64,000 nucleotides of DNA. Origin: the human T2T-CHM13v2.0 reference genome, Homo sapiens. The notes under the pieces were generated by a model that saw only the letters and a list, made by a program, of their open reading frames with translations, had not been told where the DNA came from and ran no database searches. Position 1 is the first letter of the stretch, and every line of letters starts with the position of its first letter. This document shows, one piece after another, positions 63,326 through 64,000 of this stretch. Location of the stretch: assembly GCF_009914755.1 (NCBI RefSeq), contig NC_060937.1, one strand, 5' to 3'. A program made the position numbers and the translations under genes.

Positions 63326-64000
63326 TGAAGGAGCAGATAGAAGCTAAACAAAGGCTAAAAAAAGCAACATGATAAGAAAGAAAAGAGAAAGAAAGAATTG
63401 GTAATGAAAGAGAGAAAAGAGAGGTCAGGGAAGATATGGAGAAAAGGAGGGAGCAAAAGGGACTGTAAGAGGCAAGAGAGAGGATGATGAGAAGAAAGAG
63501 AAAAGTGTCCAAGGAAAAAGAACCTAGGTGTCTGAGGATGCAGGTGCCCAGTAGCTTGCAGTGATAACTTGCCATATGAAGTGAGGGCATGGGCCTTGAT
63601 GTTAACTGCATACTTTATTTCATAACTAGTTGGCAGCACGTATTCTGTTACTTATTCCTCAAGCTATATATTTGAAGCCATCATTATTTTTCCGTTGAAA
63701 AAAGCTAAAAGATATGGGCATTGGATGGTGTTTGGAACTGCACAGTGTAACTATATTATGAAATAATAGTTTGTTGCAGAAAAGAGCCTGCCAAGTGGTC
63801 TAGTTCTGAGTTCTTGAGCCCTTGCCCTCTGGTGCTATAAGGCTTCTTCCTGGTTCCCTCAGGGGCTGCTCCCTGAAACAAGGCAAGGCAGACCAAGCAG
63901 TTGATCTACCTTGATTCTCACCTGAGCAGTTGCATTTTTATTGGATGTGTATAGCAGGCTTCCATGTCAGGTTTTACTTGCAGACAGGGTTCTACTCTTT

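Overview
This is simian-primate (probably human or ape) genomic DNA, judged from AluJ/AluS SINEs, a 5'-truncated L1PA, and THE1/MST, MLT2A and MER4-group LTRs. I find no credible protein-coding gene, tRNA, rRNA or CRISPR array. The supplied ORFs come from Alu, L1, LTR, microsatellite or GC-rich sequence; the only real protein homology is a decayed L1 ORF2 fragment at 17294-17944. Much of the window is interspersed repeat, and many insertions keep readable target-site duplications (TSDs). The main non-repeat landmark is a small CpG island at about 28070-28275 with a strong CTCF motif, a perfect D-box and downstream splice signals, which could be an orphan promoter, an insulator or a lncRNA start. 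It follows a cluster of five solo LTRs (21.1-25.5 kb); a THE1B in that cluster and a THE1C at 14.1 kb carry perfect DUX4 motifs. Other leads are an RFX/FOX motif cluster at 31.6-32.1 kb, an inverted octamer pair in a MER4D-like LTR, an identical AP-1-containing 18-mer at two sites 7.6 kb apart, a 33-bp triplication and several perfect inverted repeats. Subfamily names come from recalled consensus sequences and need RepeatMasker/Dfam confirmation. I cannot name the locus, and I do not see a wholly new biological system; the leads are regulatory hypotheses.
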